IMG/VR virus record: IMGVR_UViG_3300033463_000014
Coordinates: 32,001-96,000 of that record
Strand: one strand, 5' to 3'
DNA from: a virus
Taxonomy: Duplodnaviria > Caudoviricetes
DNA: 64,000 bases
Below are positions 9,868 to 18,739 of this stretch, in pieces. Both the position numbers and the translations under genes were made by a program. Position 1 is the stretch's first letter. Each line of letters opens with the position of its first letter. Under the pieces are notes generated by a model, which did no database searches, was not told the DNA's origin, and saw only the letters and a program-made list of their open reading frames with translations.

Positions 9868-10367
9868 TCGGACCTCCCGGAATTCTTCTTTTCACCGTCC
9901 GTCCCTCCGGACCCTCCAGTGCCGTTGAGCCTGAGCAGGGGCGATTTCTTAGGGTCGACCGGGCTCACGTATCCAGGCGTGTCCGTGAAGGCGCTCTCAA
10001 TGGCGCTCCTGTTAAGCCCTAACAGCTCCCTTACCCTGTCCACGACCCTTCCCCACGCGTTCGAGAGGTGTCCCCTGTCTGCCCTGCCGTGCCTCTCGCC
10101 GTCCGCTCCCAGATAGAACGCGGCGCTTCCGACCAGCGCGGGGATCAGCCAGGACTTGTTCCTGTCCCAGAACGTCTCCTCGACATACCCTCCGTGTCCG
10201 CCGTGCCCGCCGTATGCGACCTTTCCGATGGACGCCTCCTTGCACAGCCTCTCCGCGACGGAGATCGCGTCGTCCGCCGGAAGCCCAGCCTCCGAGGCCG
10301 CCATCATTGCGCCTGCGGCGAACATAGGCGCCATGTTGTCCCTCAGGAACCTGTCTCTGATATCCAT
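9855..10367 (-). CDS. Hypothetical virion protein with KxA motifs and one hydrophobic segment
   Basis: 170 aa; CKEAS, GKVAY; WLIPALVGSAAFYLG. Confidence 0.6.
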   Translation of the reverse strand: MDIRDRFLRDNMAPMFAAGAMMAASEAGLPADDAISVAERLCKEASIGKVAYGGHGGHGGYVEETFWDRNKSWLIPALVGSAAFYLGADGERHGRADRGHLSNAWGRVVDRVRELLGLNRSAIESAFTDTPGYVSPVDPKKSPLLRLNGTGGSGGTDGEKKNSGRSEWLV

Positions 10368-10380
10368 GAATGTCCCCCAC

Positions 10381-10419
10381 AGAAGAGAGGCGGGACCGGA
10401 AACTAATCCGGCCCCGCCT
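10381..10419 (-). terminator. Rho-independent terminator after major capsid gene
   Basis: AGGCGGGGCCGGA-TTAGTT-TCCGGTCCCGCCT hairpin followed by CTCTTCT. Confidence 0.7.
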
Positions 10420-10474
10420 GGCCGTTAAGACCGTTGGACGGCTTGCTGGCTATGTCTCGATTCGCTCCATACGG

Positions 10475-11494
10475 CTAGCTGCCGCTGCCAGAGTCAGAGC
10501 CCGAGGTTTCGGTGTCCCAGCTTCCCTGGAACTGCGACCCGAACCGGGCCACCGCCATGCCGGCGATGTTGCCGAACGAGAAGCCGCCCAGCCAGTAGCT
10601 GAACCACTTGATGAAGTACGCCTCCTTGTTGAGGTACATCGTCCAGTCGGTCAGCGTGTAGTTGTGGCCGAGGAACGACGGCTCCGCGAAGAAGTAGATG
10701 TACCCCTCCGGGACCAGGCTGCGCTTGATCGTGGAGATCGCCTTGATGCCCATGATCGTGGTCTCGGTGAGGCCGTTCTTCCAGTGCTCCTGGGCAAGGT
10801 CGCCACCGATTTCCTGACGGTTGAGCTTCAGCACGTCGCGCAGCGTGTTCTCGTGCGCAAGCATGACGTAGTTGCGGGCGATGAACTTGTCGTTGGCGTT
10901 TCCGGCCGGCAGCATCTTCGTTGCATCCGTGAACGTGTCGCGGTTGAGGCCTTCCTCGAAGTCCCTCCACTGAACCTTGCCGGTGACGGGATGGACGTTG
11001 CCGGCCACTCCGCCGCCAACAGTGTTGCTGACGATCGAGTTGACGGTGTCGATGAACTTCCGGTCGTGCGTAGCCATGCCGTCCTTGATGCTGTTGTCGG
11101 TGAGCATCTTGCGGATCGGGTAGTTGTACGTCCGGAGCTGGTCGATGTCCTTCGTGAACGCCGGGGTGACGATCCGGGCGAGCGGGGTGATGTACTTGGA
11201 CCCCGTGATGATCTCGCCCTCGGGGACCATCTCGAACGGGACGTACTTCGCTCCCGGGGAATCGGGCTCGAGGTCGTCGATGACGATCAGGTCCTCGGTC
11301 ATGGTCTTCGCCAGCTTCTCGTTGCCGATCTTCTCGGGCGGGAGGATCTTGTTGGCGAAAGAACCCTCACGGATGTTGATGCGCGTCACGTCGCTCGCGG
11401 CCTGCGCCACCTTCTCGATGTCGGCGGACGCGCCCTTCTCGAGCATGGCGCGGAGGTTGCGGTCAAGAATCTGCTCCTGTGCTTCCTTAGTCAT
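10475..11494 (-). CDS. Major capsid protein (HK97 fold, putative)
   Basis: 339 aa; protease-scaffold-decoration-capsid gene order; IREGSFANKILPP and VPEGYIYFFAEPSFLG; strongly biased codon use; followed by a terminator; N-terminal EKVAQ candidate maturation site. Confidence 0.8.
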   Translation of the reverse strand: MTKEAQEQILDRNLRAMLEKGASADIEKVAQAASDVTRINIREGSFANKILPPEKIGNEKLAKTMTEDLIVIDDLEPDSPGAKYVPFEMVPEGEIITGSKYITPLARIVTPAFTKDIDQLRTYNYPIRKMLTDNSIKDGMATHDRKFIDTVNSIVSNTVGGGVAGNVHPVTGKVQWRDFEEGLNRDTFTDATKMLPAGNANDKFIARNYVMLAHENTLRDVLKLNRQEIGGDLAQEHWKNGLTETTIMGIKAISTIKRSLVPEGYIYFFAEPSFLGHNYTLTDWTMYLNKEAYFIKWFSYWLGGFSFGNIAGMAVARFGSQFQGSWDTETSGSDSGSGS

Positions 11495-11509
11495 CTGTCT
11501 CTCCTTTCC

Positions 11510-12049
11510 CTAGATGGCGGTTTTGAAGCGGATGACCGAAACGTTGGCGCCGGTGCGGACAGCCAGCCTGCGGTCGTTGGGGCTGCCGGGGACGGCGACC
11601 GCGTCATTCACCCAGCGCTCGAACGGGGCCGCGGTGACATATCCGACGAGGGGGTTAGTCCCGTCGCTTCCGGTCGTGGTGAGCAGTCCGTCGGCGACAT
11701 ACAGCTTAGCCCCGACCGTGTAGTTAGTCTTGGACTTGTCGTACACGCTCGTCTCGTACTCGCCGTCCTGGGTGAGGTCGATGGCGCCGATCGCGGGCTT
11801 GCCGCCATTCGGGTCGAACGCCGTACCGACAAACCCGGCCGTCGGGTCGGAGCTGTCATGGAGCGCGACGTAGAGAATATTGTCCGTGTTTCCGGCGATC
11901 TTGAACTCGGCGTTGGCGCCGGTTGCGTCGGAGGTAACCGCGACGATCATGCCGCGCTCGAACGTCGTAACGCTGTCCGCTGCCGGAAGCGTCTTGTCGA
12001 CCTGGGCGAGGCTCGGGTAGGGTCCCTTAACAGGAGAAAACCATCCCAT
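11510..12049 (-). CDS. Capsid decoration/cement protein (putative)
   Basis: Start moved to ATG 12049 (MGWFSPVKG), 179 aa; beta-tulip-like pattern YETSVYD...YTVGAKLYV.DGLLT...VGYV; immediately upstream of the capsid gene. Confidence 0.65.
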   Translation of the reverse strand: MGWFSPVKGPYPSLAQVDKTLPAADSVTTFERGMIVAVTSDATGANAEFKIAGNTDNILYVALHDSSDPTAGFVGTAFDPNGGKPAIGAIDLTQDGEYETSVYDKSKTNYTVGAKLYVADGLLTTTGSDGTNPLVGYVTAAPFERWVNDAVAVPGSPNDRRLAVRTGANVSVIRFKTAI

Positions 12050-12108
12050 GTTTTTTGCCTTTCCTTTGGTTTTGGCTTGTTGGTTGTGAACCGGCTGGCC
12101 CACATGGG

Positions 12109-12546
12109 TCAGTCGACGTAACCCGCCCCGCGGCGGCAGCCGAGGAGCAGGGCAGACCACGGATCATCGACGCTCCGGGAGGAATCGAAGTCTGATGCCC
12201 TGCCGAGCGTGGGCGCGGAAATGCTTTCCGCCATCTTCTCGACAAGATCCCAGACCCCTGACGGATCCTCCGCGACCTTGTTGACGAAGTCGTCAACCTT
12301 GTCGTTCCCGATCGCGCCGCATCCGGCCAGAACCCTAGCGGCGTGCGCGGCCTTCTTGTTGAAGCTCTCGCGGGCCTCAACGAAATTATTCAGCGTTTTC
12401 TTCGTCTCGCCAATCTCGACCTCGGCGGAAGCGAGCTTCTCGGTGAGGCGCCTCCCGAAGTCGCAAAGGTCGAGGATGCGGGCTGTCCTCCGGAGCTCTT
12501 CAGCCTCGGGGACCAGAACCTGCCTTTTCTGAATCTCTGCGCTCAT
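12109..12546 (-). CDS. Head assembly protein, scaffold-like, KxA motifs
   Basis: 145 aa; EKLAS, KKAAH, EKMAE; GGAGG RBS. Confidence 0.6.
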   Translation of the reverse strand: MSAEIQKRQVLVPEAEELRRTARILDLCDFGRRLTEKLASAEVEIGETKKTLNNFVEARESFNKKAAHAARVLAGCGAIGNDKVDDFVNKVAEDPSGVWDLVEKMAESISAPTLGRASDFDSSRSVDDPWSALLLGCRRGAGYVD

Positions 12547-12562
12547 CGGAGAACACCTCCCG

Positions 12563-14068
12563 TCAGTTCGACTTGCGGCACGCGAGGGCGTACCGGGCGA
12601 GGGCGGCGGGGTCTACACCCATCTCGGCGGCCTTCTTGCAGAACCCCTCGATGTACTTGGCCTCGTCGCCAGTCGGACTGGCGGATGCCGTCTTCTCGCG
12701 GATCTTGGCCTCGATGGCGTCCTTGCGGCGCTGCAGGCATGCGGCGACCTTTCCGAGAAGCCCGCCCTTCGCTGACGCGGCGCTGGCCCTGTTGGCGACG
12801 ACCGCGGAGGCGACCTTGCTGATGGCGTTTTTCCTGATCGCAGCGGCGGCGGTCTTCATGGCCTCCTCGGCGGCGGCGGCACCGGCCGCCTCGTCCTGGG
12901 CGTCCTGGATCGCCTGCGCGGCGTCGGCCTCTCCGGCCGCTGCGGCATCATCGGCGGCGGCGGCTTCAGCGCCGGCCCCGGAACCACCCTCGATCTCGCC
13001 TACGATGGCCTTGGCCTGCTCCGGTGTGATCTCCCCGCTCTCGAGCCCCTGCGCGATGATCTCGGCGGCCTCGTCCTCCGTGATGTCTCCGTTCTCACCG
13101 GCGGCCGGCTCGGATCCTTCGTCCCCGGCGAGCTCATCGACGAGGGCCTTGGCCGTGTCGACGTCGAGCTCTCCTGTGCGGACGAGGTCCACGATCGCGG
13201 CTCCGAGCTCTTCCTCCGTCACGTCCTCGGGGATCTGGACATCCCCAACGCCGGTGGCTGCATCGGCGGCGGCTGCATCGGCGGAACCTGCGTCAGCGGC
13301 GGCCTCGGCGGCCGCGGCGTCCTCGCCGGAGATTCCGGCCATGGCCATGGCGTTGTTCGCGGCTGCCTCGGCGGCGGCGGGATCAAGCCCGTCGGCCTGT
13401 GCGGCCTTCACGCAGGCGGCCTTGATCAGGGAGATGACGGACTCCCTGTCGGAGGCCTTCTTCTCCTGGGCCTTCTGGATAGCGTTCTCGGCGGCCCCGC
13501 GACCGGCCATGAACGCGGCACTCGCGGCGGCGATCTTGGAGATCGTTTCGTCGTCCAGGGCGATAGTCGTCTTGGAGGGGTTCTGAGGCACGTCCGTCTG
13601 GGCCTGCTTCTGGGCGGACGGTGCGGGCTGTGCCTGCTTCTGGGAGGCCTGCTTCTGTGTTTCCTGCTTCTGGGCGGCCTGCTTCTGCCCGCTGTCGATG
13701 TCGGACAAAAGGTCGTTGATGAGGCTGGCCATGCGGTCGGACGCCTCCTTGGCGCTGAGGGCGTCGTCCGTCACGAGGGGCTTCTCGTCCGGGTTCAGAA
13801 GCGGCTGGTCGACCTCAAGCTTGCCCTCGTTGAGAGGCTTTGCGTCGCCACCGTTCACGGCCCCCTCGGAGGATGTCGCTCCGGCGGGTAGGCCCTGCGT
13901 GACCTCCGGATCGGGTTTCTCAGCGTCCTTGGGGACTTTCTCGTCATGCTCGGAACCCGGAAGGGAGTCGACGCCGACAAGAGCCCCCGGTTCTGCAGCG
14001 AGCGTCTCGTTCGCAAGCTTCTCGAGCCTGTTGAACTGTTGGATGAGCTGGTTCAGCGGAAGTGCCAT
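12563..14068 (-). CDS. Prohead scaffolding/core protein
   Basis: 501 aa, acidic and Ala-rich; more than 10 KxA motifs including QKQA repeats; directly downstream of the protease; AAAGGAG RBS. Confidence 0.7.
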   Translation of the reverse strand: MALPLNQLIQQFNRLEKLANETLAAEPGALVGVDSLPGSEHDEKVPKDAEKPDPEVTQGLPAGATSSEGAVNGGDAKPLNEGKLEVDQPLLNPDEKPLVTDDALSAKEASDRMASLINDLLSDIDSGQKQAAQKQETQKQASQKQAQPAPSAQKQAQTDVPQNPSKTTIALDDETISKIAAASAAFMAGRGAAENAIQKAQEKKASDRESVISLIKAACVKAAQADGLDPAAAEAAANNAMAMAGISGEDAAAAEAAADAGSADAAAADAATGVGDVQIPEDVTEEELGAAIVDLVRTGELDVDTAKALVDELAGDEGSEPAAGENGDITEDEAAEIIAQGLESGEITPEQAKAIVGEIEGGSGAGAEAAAADDAAAAGEADAAQAIQDAQDEAAGAAAAEEAMKTAAAAIRKNAISKVASAVVANRASAASAKGGLLGKVAACLQRRKDAIEAKIREKTASASPTGDEAKYIEGFCKKAAEMGVDPAALARYALACRKSN

Positions 14069-14169
14069 TTTTACTCCTTTAGTTTGTCTTGTTCCGTCTT
14101 TCCTGCCTGCGCCGTCGGTCGCCGGCTAGTACGCGGAGTACTTCCCAAGCAACTTGGCTGACACAGTAA

Positions 14170-14198
14170 ATCATACATAATCCTCTGTGGCGTGTCAA
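14170..14198 (-). promoter_or_regulatory. Sigma70-type promoter for the scaffold-capsid operon
   Basis: TTGACA (14198-14193), 17 nt spacer, TATGAT (14175-14170). Confidence 0.75.
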
Positions 14199-15670
14199 CT
14201 CGCGGACGGCGACACCATGTCCTGCGCCGCTGCGATCGCGATCACGTCGTCCTCACGTATGCCGGCGCATGCCGGCCCTGACAGCGCCGCGGCCAGCGCG
14301 GCCACCTTGTACATCGCGTAGCGCCTGGCCAGCCTGTCCGCGACAGCGGAAACCTCGCCGTCCGCATCCGCGTCCGCGCTTTTCTCCATACGGACGAACT
14401 GCGGGCACTCCCCGGACGCCATGGCAGACAGAATTCCAGTCACGGCGTCCCATGCGGAGAACCCGCCGGCGGACGCGGACTTCGACAGGGCCTCGCGGAT
14501 CGGACCGGGGACCGGACTAGAGAGCGCGAGCGGGCAGGACGGGTCGTAAGACGCGCAGTTGCAGAACCCGGCGCACGACGCCGTCTTGACGGCCTCCGTT
14601 ATGATCCCGGGAACCCTGCGGGCGACATGGCCAGCGTATCGCACGACCTTCCCGTATTCGGGGCCGAACGCGTACTTCAGGAACGATTCGGCGTCGAGGA
14701 TGACGCCGGCGTTCCCGAGCGCGGCGAAGGCGTCGGAAGGGTCAAGGGCCCTGAGCGACGACAGAGTCTCCCCGTCCAGCCTGGCGCCTGCGAGCTTCCT
14801 GAGCTCGAACTCGTATGCCTCCCTAGCCCCCGACGGCTTCGCGCCGCCGAAAATCCACGAGTCCATCCTGGAATAGGCGCCGGCCAGCTTTTTCATGATC
14901 CCGAGCTTCCTGACCGCCAGGTCCGACTCGATGACCAGATCGTCAGGGAGTACGTATCCCTCGATCTCTGCCCGCTTGACGGAACTGCAGATGGGGATGT
15001 CCTCCGGCATGCCAGAAGCGACCTTCAGGCTCCACGCGATGCGGTCCGCTGGCCGGCCGACGAAGGAGATGTCGAACCACGTCGGCTCGTCATTGTAGGT
15101 CCCGATCTGACTGCCGTCCTCCGCGATCTTCCCGAGGCTGTATTTGACGTGGTCGCACTCGTTCTCGTCGCCCGCCTGCTTCCGTATGGCCCCGCAGCAT
15201 GAGCAGCGGTCAAAAGGCACCTTGGCCGCCATGCTGAAGCTGACCTCGCCGGTCTTCTCGAGGCGGTCAAGATGGTCGCGGGCCTTCTCGTTGTCCGCCC
15301 AGATGTACAGCTCGATCCTGTGCATGTCCGGGTTGTATGCCGCGGCCTTGATCTGACCGATTGCCTTTTCGGGGTCCTTGTTCCTGTGGTGCTGGAAGAC
15401 GTGGCCGTACTTCACGAACGTGTCGTGGTACTTGACGCACGCCTCCTTAGGGAACAGATCCCCGTTCCTGTTCATCGGGTACGCCTCTGAGTCCCCGAGG
15501 GCGACCAGGTGGATCCCCGTCATGCCATCCGGAGGCTTGAGCTGGTCGTACCCGCACCTGAAGATCGTGGAGGCCTGCTTTCTCATCTCGGACGCGGACT
15601 TCACGATCTCCCCGCCAACCCCGACGGACTGGCTGATGTCGGAAGAGTATGTGACCTTGATCATCGACAT
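14195..15670 (-). CDS. Prohead maturation protease (HK97/assemblin-like) with Zn-binding insert
   Basis: 491 aa; NRNGDLFP, VFQHHRNKDPEKAIGQI (His), VSFSMA (Ser), CSCCG...CDHV, FDISFVGRPAD; KxA motifs flank the catalytic core. Confidence 0.8.
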   Translation of the reverse strand: MSMIKVTYSSDISQSVGVGGEIVKSASEMRKQASTIFRCGYDQLKPPDGMTGIHLVALGDSEAYPMNRNGDLFPKEACVKYHDTFVKYGHVFQHHRNKDPEKAIGQIKAAAYNPDMHRIELYIWADNEKARDHLDRLEKTGEVSFSMAAKVPFDRCSCCGAIRKQAGDENECDHVKYSLGKIAEDGSQIGTYNDEPTWFDISFVGRPADRIAWSLKVASGMPEDIPICSSVKRAEIEGYVLPDDLVIESDLAVRKLGIMKKLAGAYSRMDSWIFGGAKPSGAREAYEFELRKLAGARLDGETLSSLRALDPSDAFAALGNAGVILDAESFLKYAFGPEYGKVVRYAGHVARRVPGIITEAVKTASCAGFCNCASYDPSCPLALSSPVPGPIREALSKSASAGGFSAWDAVTGILSAMASGECPQFVRMEKSADADADGEVSAVADRLARRYAMYKVAALAAALSGPACAGIREDDVIAIAAAQDMVSPSAS

Positions 15671-15710
15671 GAATCACCCCTCTTTGAATAAACAAACTAC
15701 TCCAGAAGAT

Positions 15711-16781
15711 CTATTGATCCCCCAGAAGTTCTATTGCTCTATTGAGGTTATCCACACCGCCGCTGTTCATGTTAGCCAATACGGACAGTAACCCGCCGGC
15801 GAGTGCCGACGCTCCTCCTGCAGCAGCGGGCGTCCTGCTTGCCCTGTACCTATGATCGGATCCTTTTATCTTTACTACTCCTTTTGGCTGAGCTCCCGGT
15901 TCTTTGCTAGCAGTCAATGCTTTGTAATTACTGGCTGCTTCTGCAGCATTGACACCTCTACGAGCATCTGAAACAGCTTTGTTTTTACCTCCTGGATTTG
16001 TGAAGGTATTTGCTTTCGCATTGCTCACTTCACCCAAACCAACCTTCGAATTCGCAAATGCCAAATTAGCGTCAGTAACGTTTTTAGCATCTCTCAGAAA
16101 ATCTGACCATTTCGCATTATAATCCCTTGCGCTAAGCAAGTTACCAATGTATTTTCCGAGCCCCCAAGCTCCTCCTGCATAAAACGGAATACTAGCCAAA
16201 TTTTCGACTGTACCAGCGAGGTTCCCCTCCGAAGCCAACCCTTCTAACGTTCCTTTCGGATCCGCTCCCGTGGCCGCCCTTCTCGCCTCTGCGTAATTAG
16301 TATCACGGCCTTTGCGAATACCGCTGATAAGATCGAGCACTTCGCTGGTATCCGCGGCTTTCTTCTTAAGCATGTCACCGAGGGCATAACCACCGTAAAT
16401 TCCAAGTCCAGCCGCGCCTAGTGGAAGGATCTTGGAAAGTGCGCGCCTCCACGCCGGCTTCCTTTTCCCGTTTTCGTCATTATCTCCACCGGCGAGCTCA
16501 GAGGCAACCGAATGAGACAGAAGCCCACCACCAGCCATAAGGGCCAGCGTTGTCCAGTCGAGATCTTTCACGGACGGGGCGGGACTCTCCGCCTCCCCAT
16601 CTAGACCATTGGCCGCGGCGTTACTGATCTGCTCTTTAACTTTCTCCAGTTTCCTCTCGGCCCTCCTGCTGTCCACGGGAACGAGAAAATCGTACCATGA
16701 CCTAGGAAGAACGGACTTCACAACATTCATATCATCACCATTCTTTCTCTGACTTCTATCAGTAGAGTGTTCCAGCATCAA
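15711..16781 (-). CDS. Putative internal virion protein with hydrophobic segments (start may be 16730)
   Basis: 356 aa; KKKAAD motif; several Gly-rich hydrophobic helices; AT-richer 3' half. Confidence 0.6.
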   Translation of the reverse strand: MMLEHSTDRSQRKNGDDMNVVKSVLPRSWYDFLVPVDSRRAERKLEKVKEQISNAAANGLDGEAESPAPSVKDLDWTTLALMAGGGLLSHSVASELAGGDNDENGKRKPAWRRALSKILPLGAAGLGIYGGYALGDMLKKKAADTSEVLDLISGIRKGRDTNYAEARRAATGADPKGTLEGLASEGNLAGTVENLASIPFYAGGAWGLGKYIGNLLSARDYNAKWSDFLRDAKNVTDANLAFANSKVGLGEVSNAKANTFTNPGGKNKAVSDARRGVNAAEAASNYKALTASKEPGAQPKGVVKIKGSDHRYRASRTPAAAGGASALAGGLLSVLANMNSGGVDNLNRAIELLGDQ

Positions 16782-17200
16782 ATCTCAACAACCTCTTCCG
16801 TCGGGATCTGCGCCGTGAAGCTGGCGCGGAGATCATCAACGGCGCCCTCGATCCGTCCAATGACGATCTCCTTCCACTCGTTCCCGACGGCCCTCGCCTC
16901 TCCTACGGAAGAGTAGTCCCTAGAGTCGAAGCTACGCATGTACGGGAAGCCATGCAGGACCCTGACATACTCGTCGCCGAAAGTGACCGTCTTCTCCGGA
17001 TCCACGGAGGCCGACCTTGCCGACGCGCCCTGTGACTTAATCGTGGTGTCCGAGTACGTGTAGGTGACGTCTCCACCGACGTTGATCTCCGGCTCGCCGT
17101 ACTGGACCATCAGCTCAAGGTCTCTCTCGCTCCAGTCCTCTGTGTTGATCAGAACCCTGAAGACCGAATCGTCCATTGAAAGAAAAACGCGAATCTTCAC
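16778..17200 (-). CDS. Hypothetical protein
   Basis: 140 aa; GTG start with GAGG RBS; 4-nt overlap with the next ORF. Confidence 0.6.
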   Translation of the reverse strand: MKIRVFLSMDDSVFRVLINTEDWSERDLELMVQYGEPEINVGGDVTYTYSDTTIKSQGASARSASVDPEKTVTFGDEYVRVLHGFPYMRSFDSRDYSSVGEARAVGNEWKEIVIGRIEGAVDDLRASFTAQIPTEEVVEI

Positions 17201-17208
17201 GGAACCTC

Positions 17209-18681
17209 CTAGAGATAGTTGGAATCCTTGATCGAGCTGTCCAGCCTCGTAAGGTCCTCGACGTTCGACATCCTTATCCCCTTGTCCACGTCAGTCATGA
17301 CCTTCATGTCCGCAGGAGACACGGCGACCGAGTTCACCGCGGACCTGAGGACGGACCTCACCATGGCCTTGTCAAGGGATATGCGGGGGGACGACATGAC
17401 GATCGACTTGTACACCTCCGCTACGACGTTCGGATCGGCGTCACGGATGATGGGGTCGTTTGCCATCAGGTCGTCAAGCAGCATCGACCTCCTGACGTTG
17501 AGAAGCATCTCGTCCTCACCCGACAGCTTGCCGTTGTCCGAAAGCGCCTTAAGCGCCGGGCTGAAGCTCACGGTCGGCAATATGTTCGCTATCGGGGCGG
17601 CGTCCTTCTCGATTTCCGTACCGGTCCCGTCTGAGGTGAGGGAACCATCCGCCATCTCACTGATGACAGACGCCAGTTTATCGCTCAGACGGCTGTCCGC
17701 GATGGTGTCCCATCCCGTACCGTTTGACGATCCTGAAACGTCTCCTTCAGGCTTGCCGTCAGGGGCATCCATGCCAGACGCTACCGGTTCGGCAGGGTCG
17801 AAAAAATCCGAAAGCGAAGACCCTCCTGCGTTATCATCCGGAAGTCCTGTGACGGAGGACTCAGCCTCCTCCGCTTTCTTGATGTAGAACGCCTCCTTGC
17901 CCCTGAACTCGGATGCCATGCCGAGAATGGTGTCGACCTCCTCGGCCATCTTGAGCAGGTCTTCCACGGGGGACGCGTCAAACACGGCGGACGACGCGAA
18001 CGCACCTCCGTCGGACGACGCGACGGACCCGCATACAGAGGAAACGAGTGAAAGGGCTTTGCCCGCCGTACAGGCCGATTTGAACATGGCGGCCGTTGTT
18101 TCCGGATCTTTGGACATCTCGATCGCCTCGGCGATCTTAACGGCCCGTTCGCGCGCGGCGATGTCCATCTCCCTGGAGAGACTTCCCGCCATCTCGCCGG
18201 CGGACTTCAGGAGATCGATGTCCCCGAAAATCATCTTCAGCACGCTCGCGCTCGACATTCCGGACGTTCCGTCATCATCCTCCCTTGACGAGGCCTCCTT
18301 CACGGCGGAACTGAATCCGGCATCCATGGCCTCCATCGTGGCGTTCGTTTTCGAAGGCGGATTCGCGTAGAAAGAGTAATCGCATACGTTTCCGGTTTCT
18401 GACGAAGCGGCCTTTTTGAGCCCGCCGTCCGACGCGCCGTCAAGGAGGATCTTGGCTACAGCCTCCTTGCTCGCCAGCTCGCAGGCCCCTGTCGGGTCGT
18501 TCTTGTCGCGCTCCTTGCTGATCGCGGCGAGCGTGTTGAACATCTCGACCAGACGGTCGGTCTGGTTACCGTTGAAATCGGCAGCCGACGCGGCCTTGGC
18601 AACCGCGTCGTTCGCGCCCATCCCGCCGTTGTAGTCCGCGGCAGCGGATTTCACGGCCTCCATCAGCTTTTCTTTAATCAT
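17209..18681 (-). CDS. Putative head core protein, many KxA motifs
   Basis: 490 aa; VKSAA, AKAAS, KKAAS, VKEAS, LKSAG, VKIAE, LKMAE, DKLAS, EKDAA; AAGGAG RBS. Confidence 0.65.
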   Translation of the reverse strand: MIKEKLMEAVKSAAADYNGGMGANDAVAKAASAADFNGNQTDRLVEMFNTLAAISKERDKNDPTGACELASKEAVAKILLDGASDGGLKKAASSETGNVCDYSFYANPPSKTNATMEAMDAGFSSAVKEASSREDDDGTSGMSSASVLKMIFGDIDLLKSAGEMAGSLSREMDIAARERAVKIAEAIEMSKDPETTAAMFKSACTAGKALSLVSSVCGSVASSDGGAFASSAVFDASPVEDLLKMAEEVDTILGMASEFRGKEAFYIKKAEEAESSVTGLPDDNAGGSSLSDFFDPAEPVASGMDAPDGKPEGDVSGSSNGTGWDTIADSRLSDKLASVISEMADGSLTSDGTGTEIEKDAAPIANILPTVSFSPALKALSDNGKLSGEDEMLLNVRRSMLLDDLMANDPIIRDADPNVVAEVYKSIVMSSPRISLDKAMVRSVLRSAVNSVAVSPADMKVMTDVDKGIRMSNVEDLTRLDSSIKDSNYL

Positions 18682-18710
18682 GGGACAAAAGTCTCCTTAG
18701 TCATGTCATG

Positions 18711-18739
18711 ATTATACCGAATAAAACGTGTAGAGTCTA
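18711..18739 (-). promoter_or_regulatory. Sigma70-like promoter
   Basis: TAGACT, 17 nt spacer, TATAAT, 30 nt upstream of the ATG at 18681. Confidence 0.65.

Noticed and set aside
10370-12121. 583-aa plus-strand ORF, and many other long plus-strand ORFs across the window
   Set aside because: Antisense shadows of GC3-rich minus-strand genes; no RBS, no recognisable domains, and they fully overlap well-supported genes.
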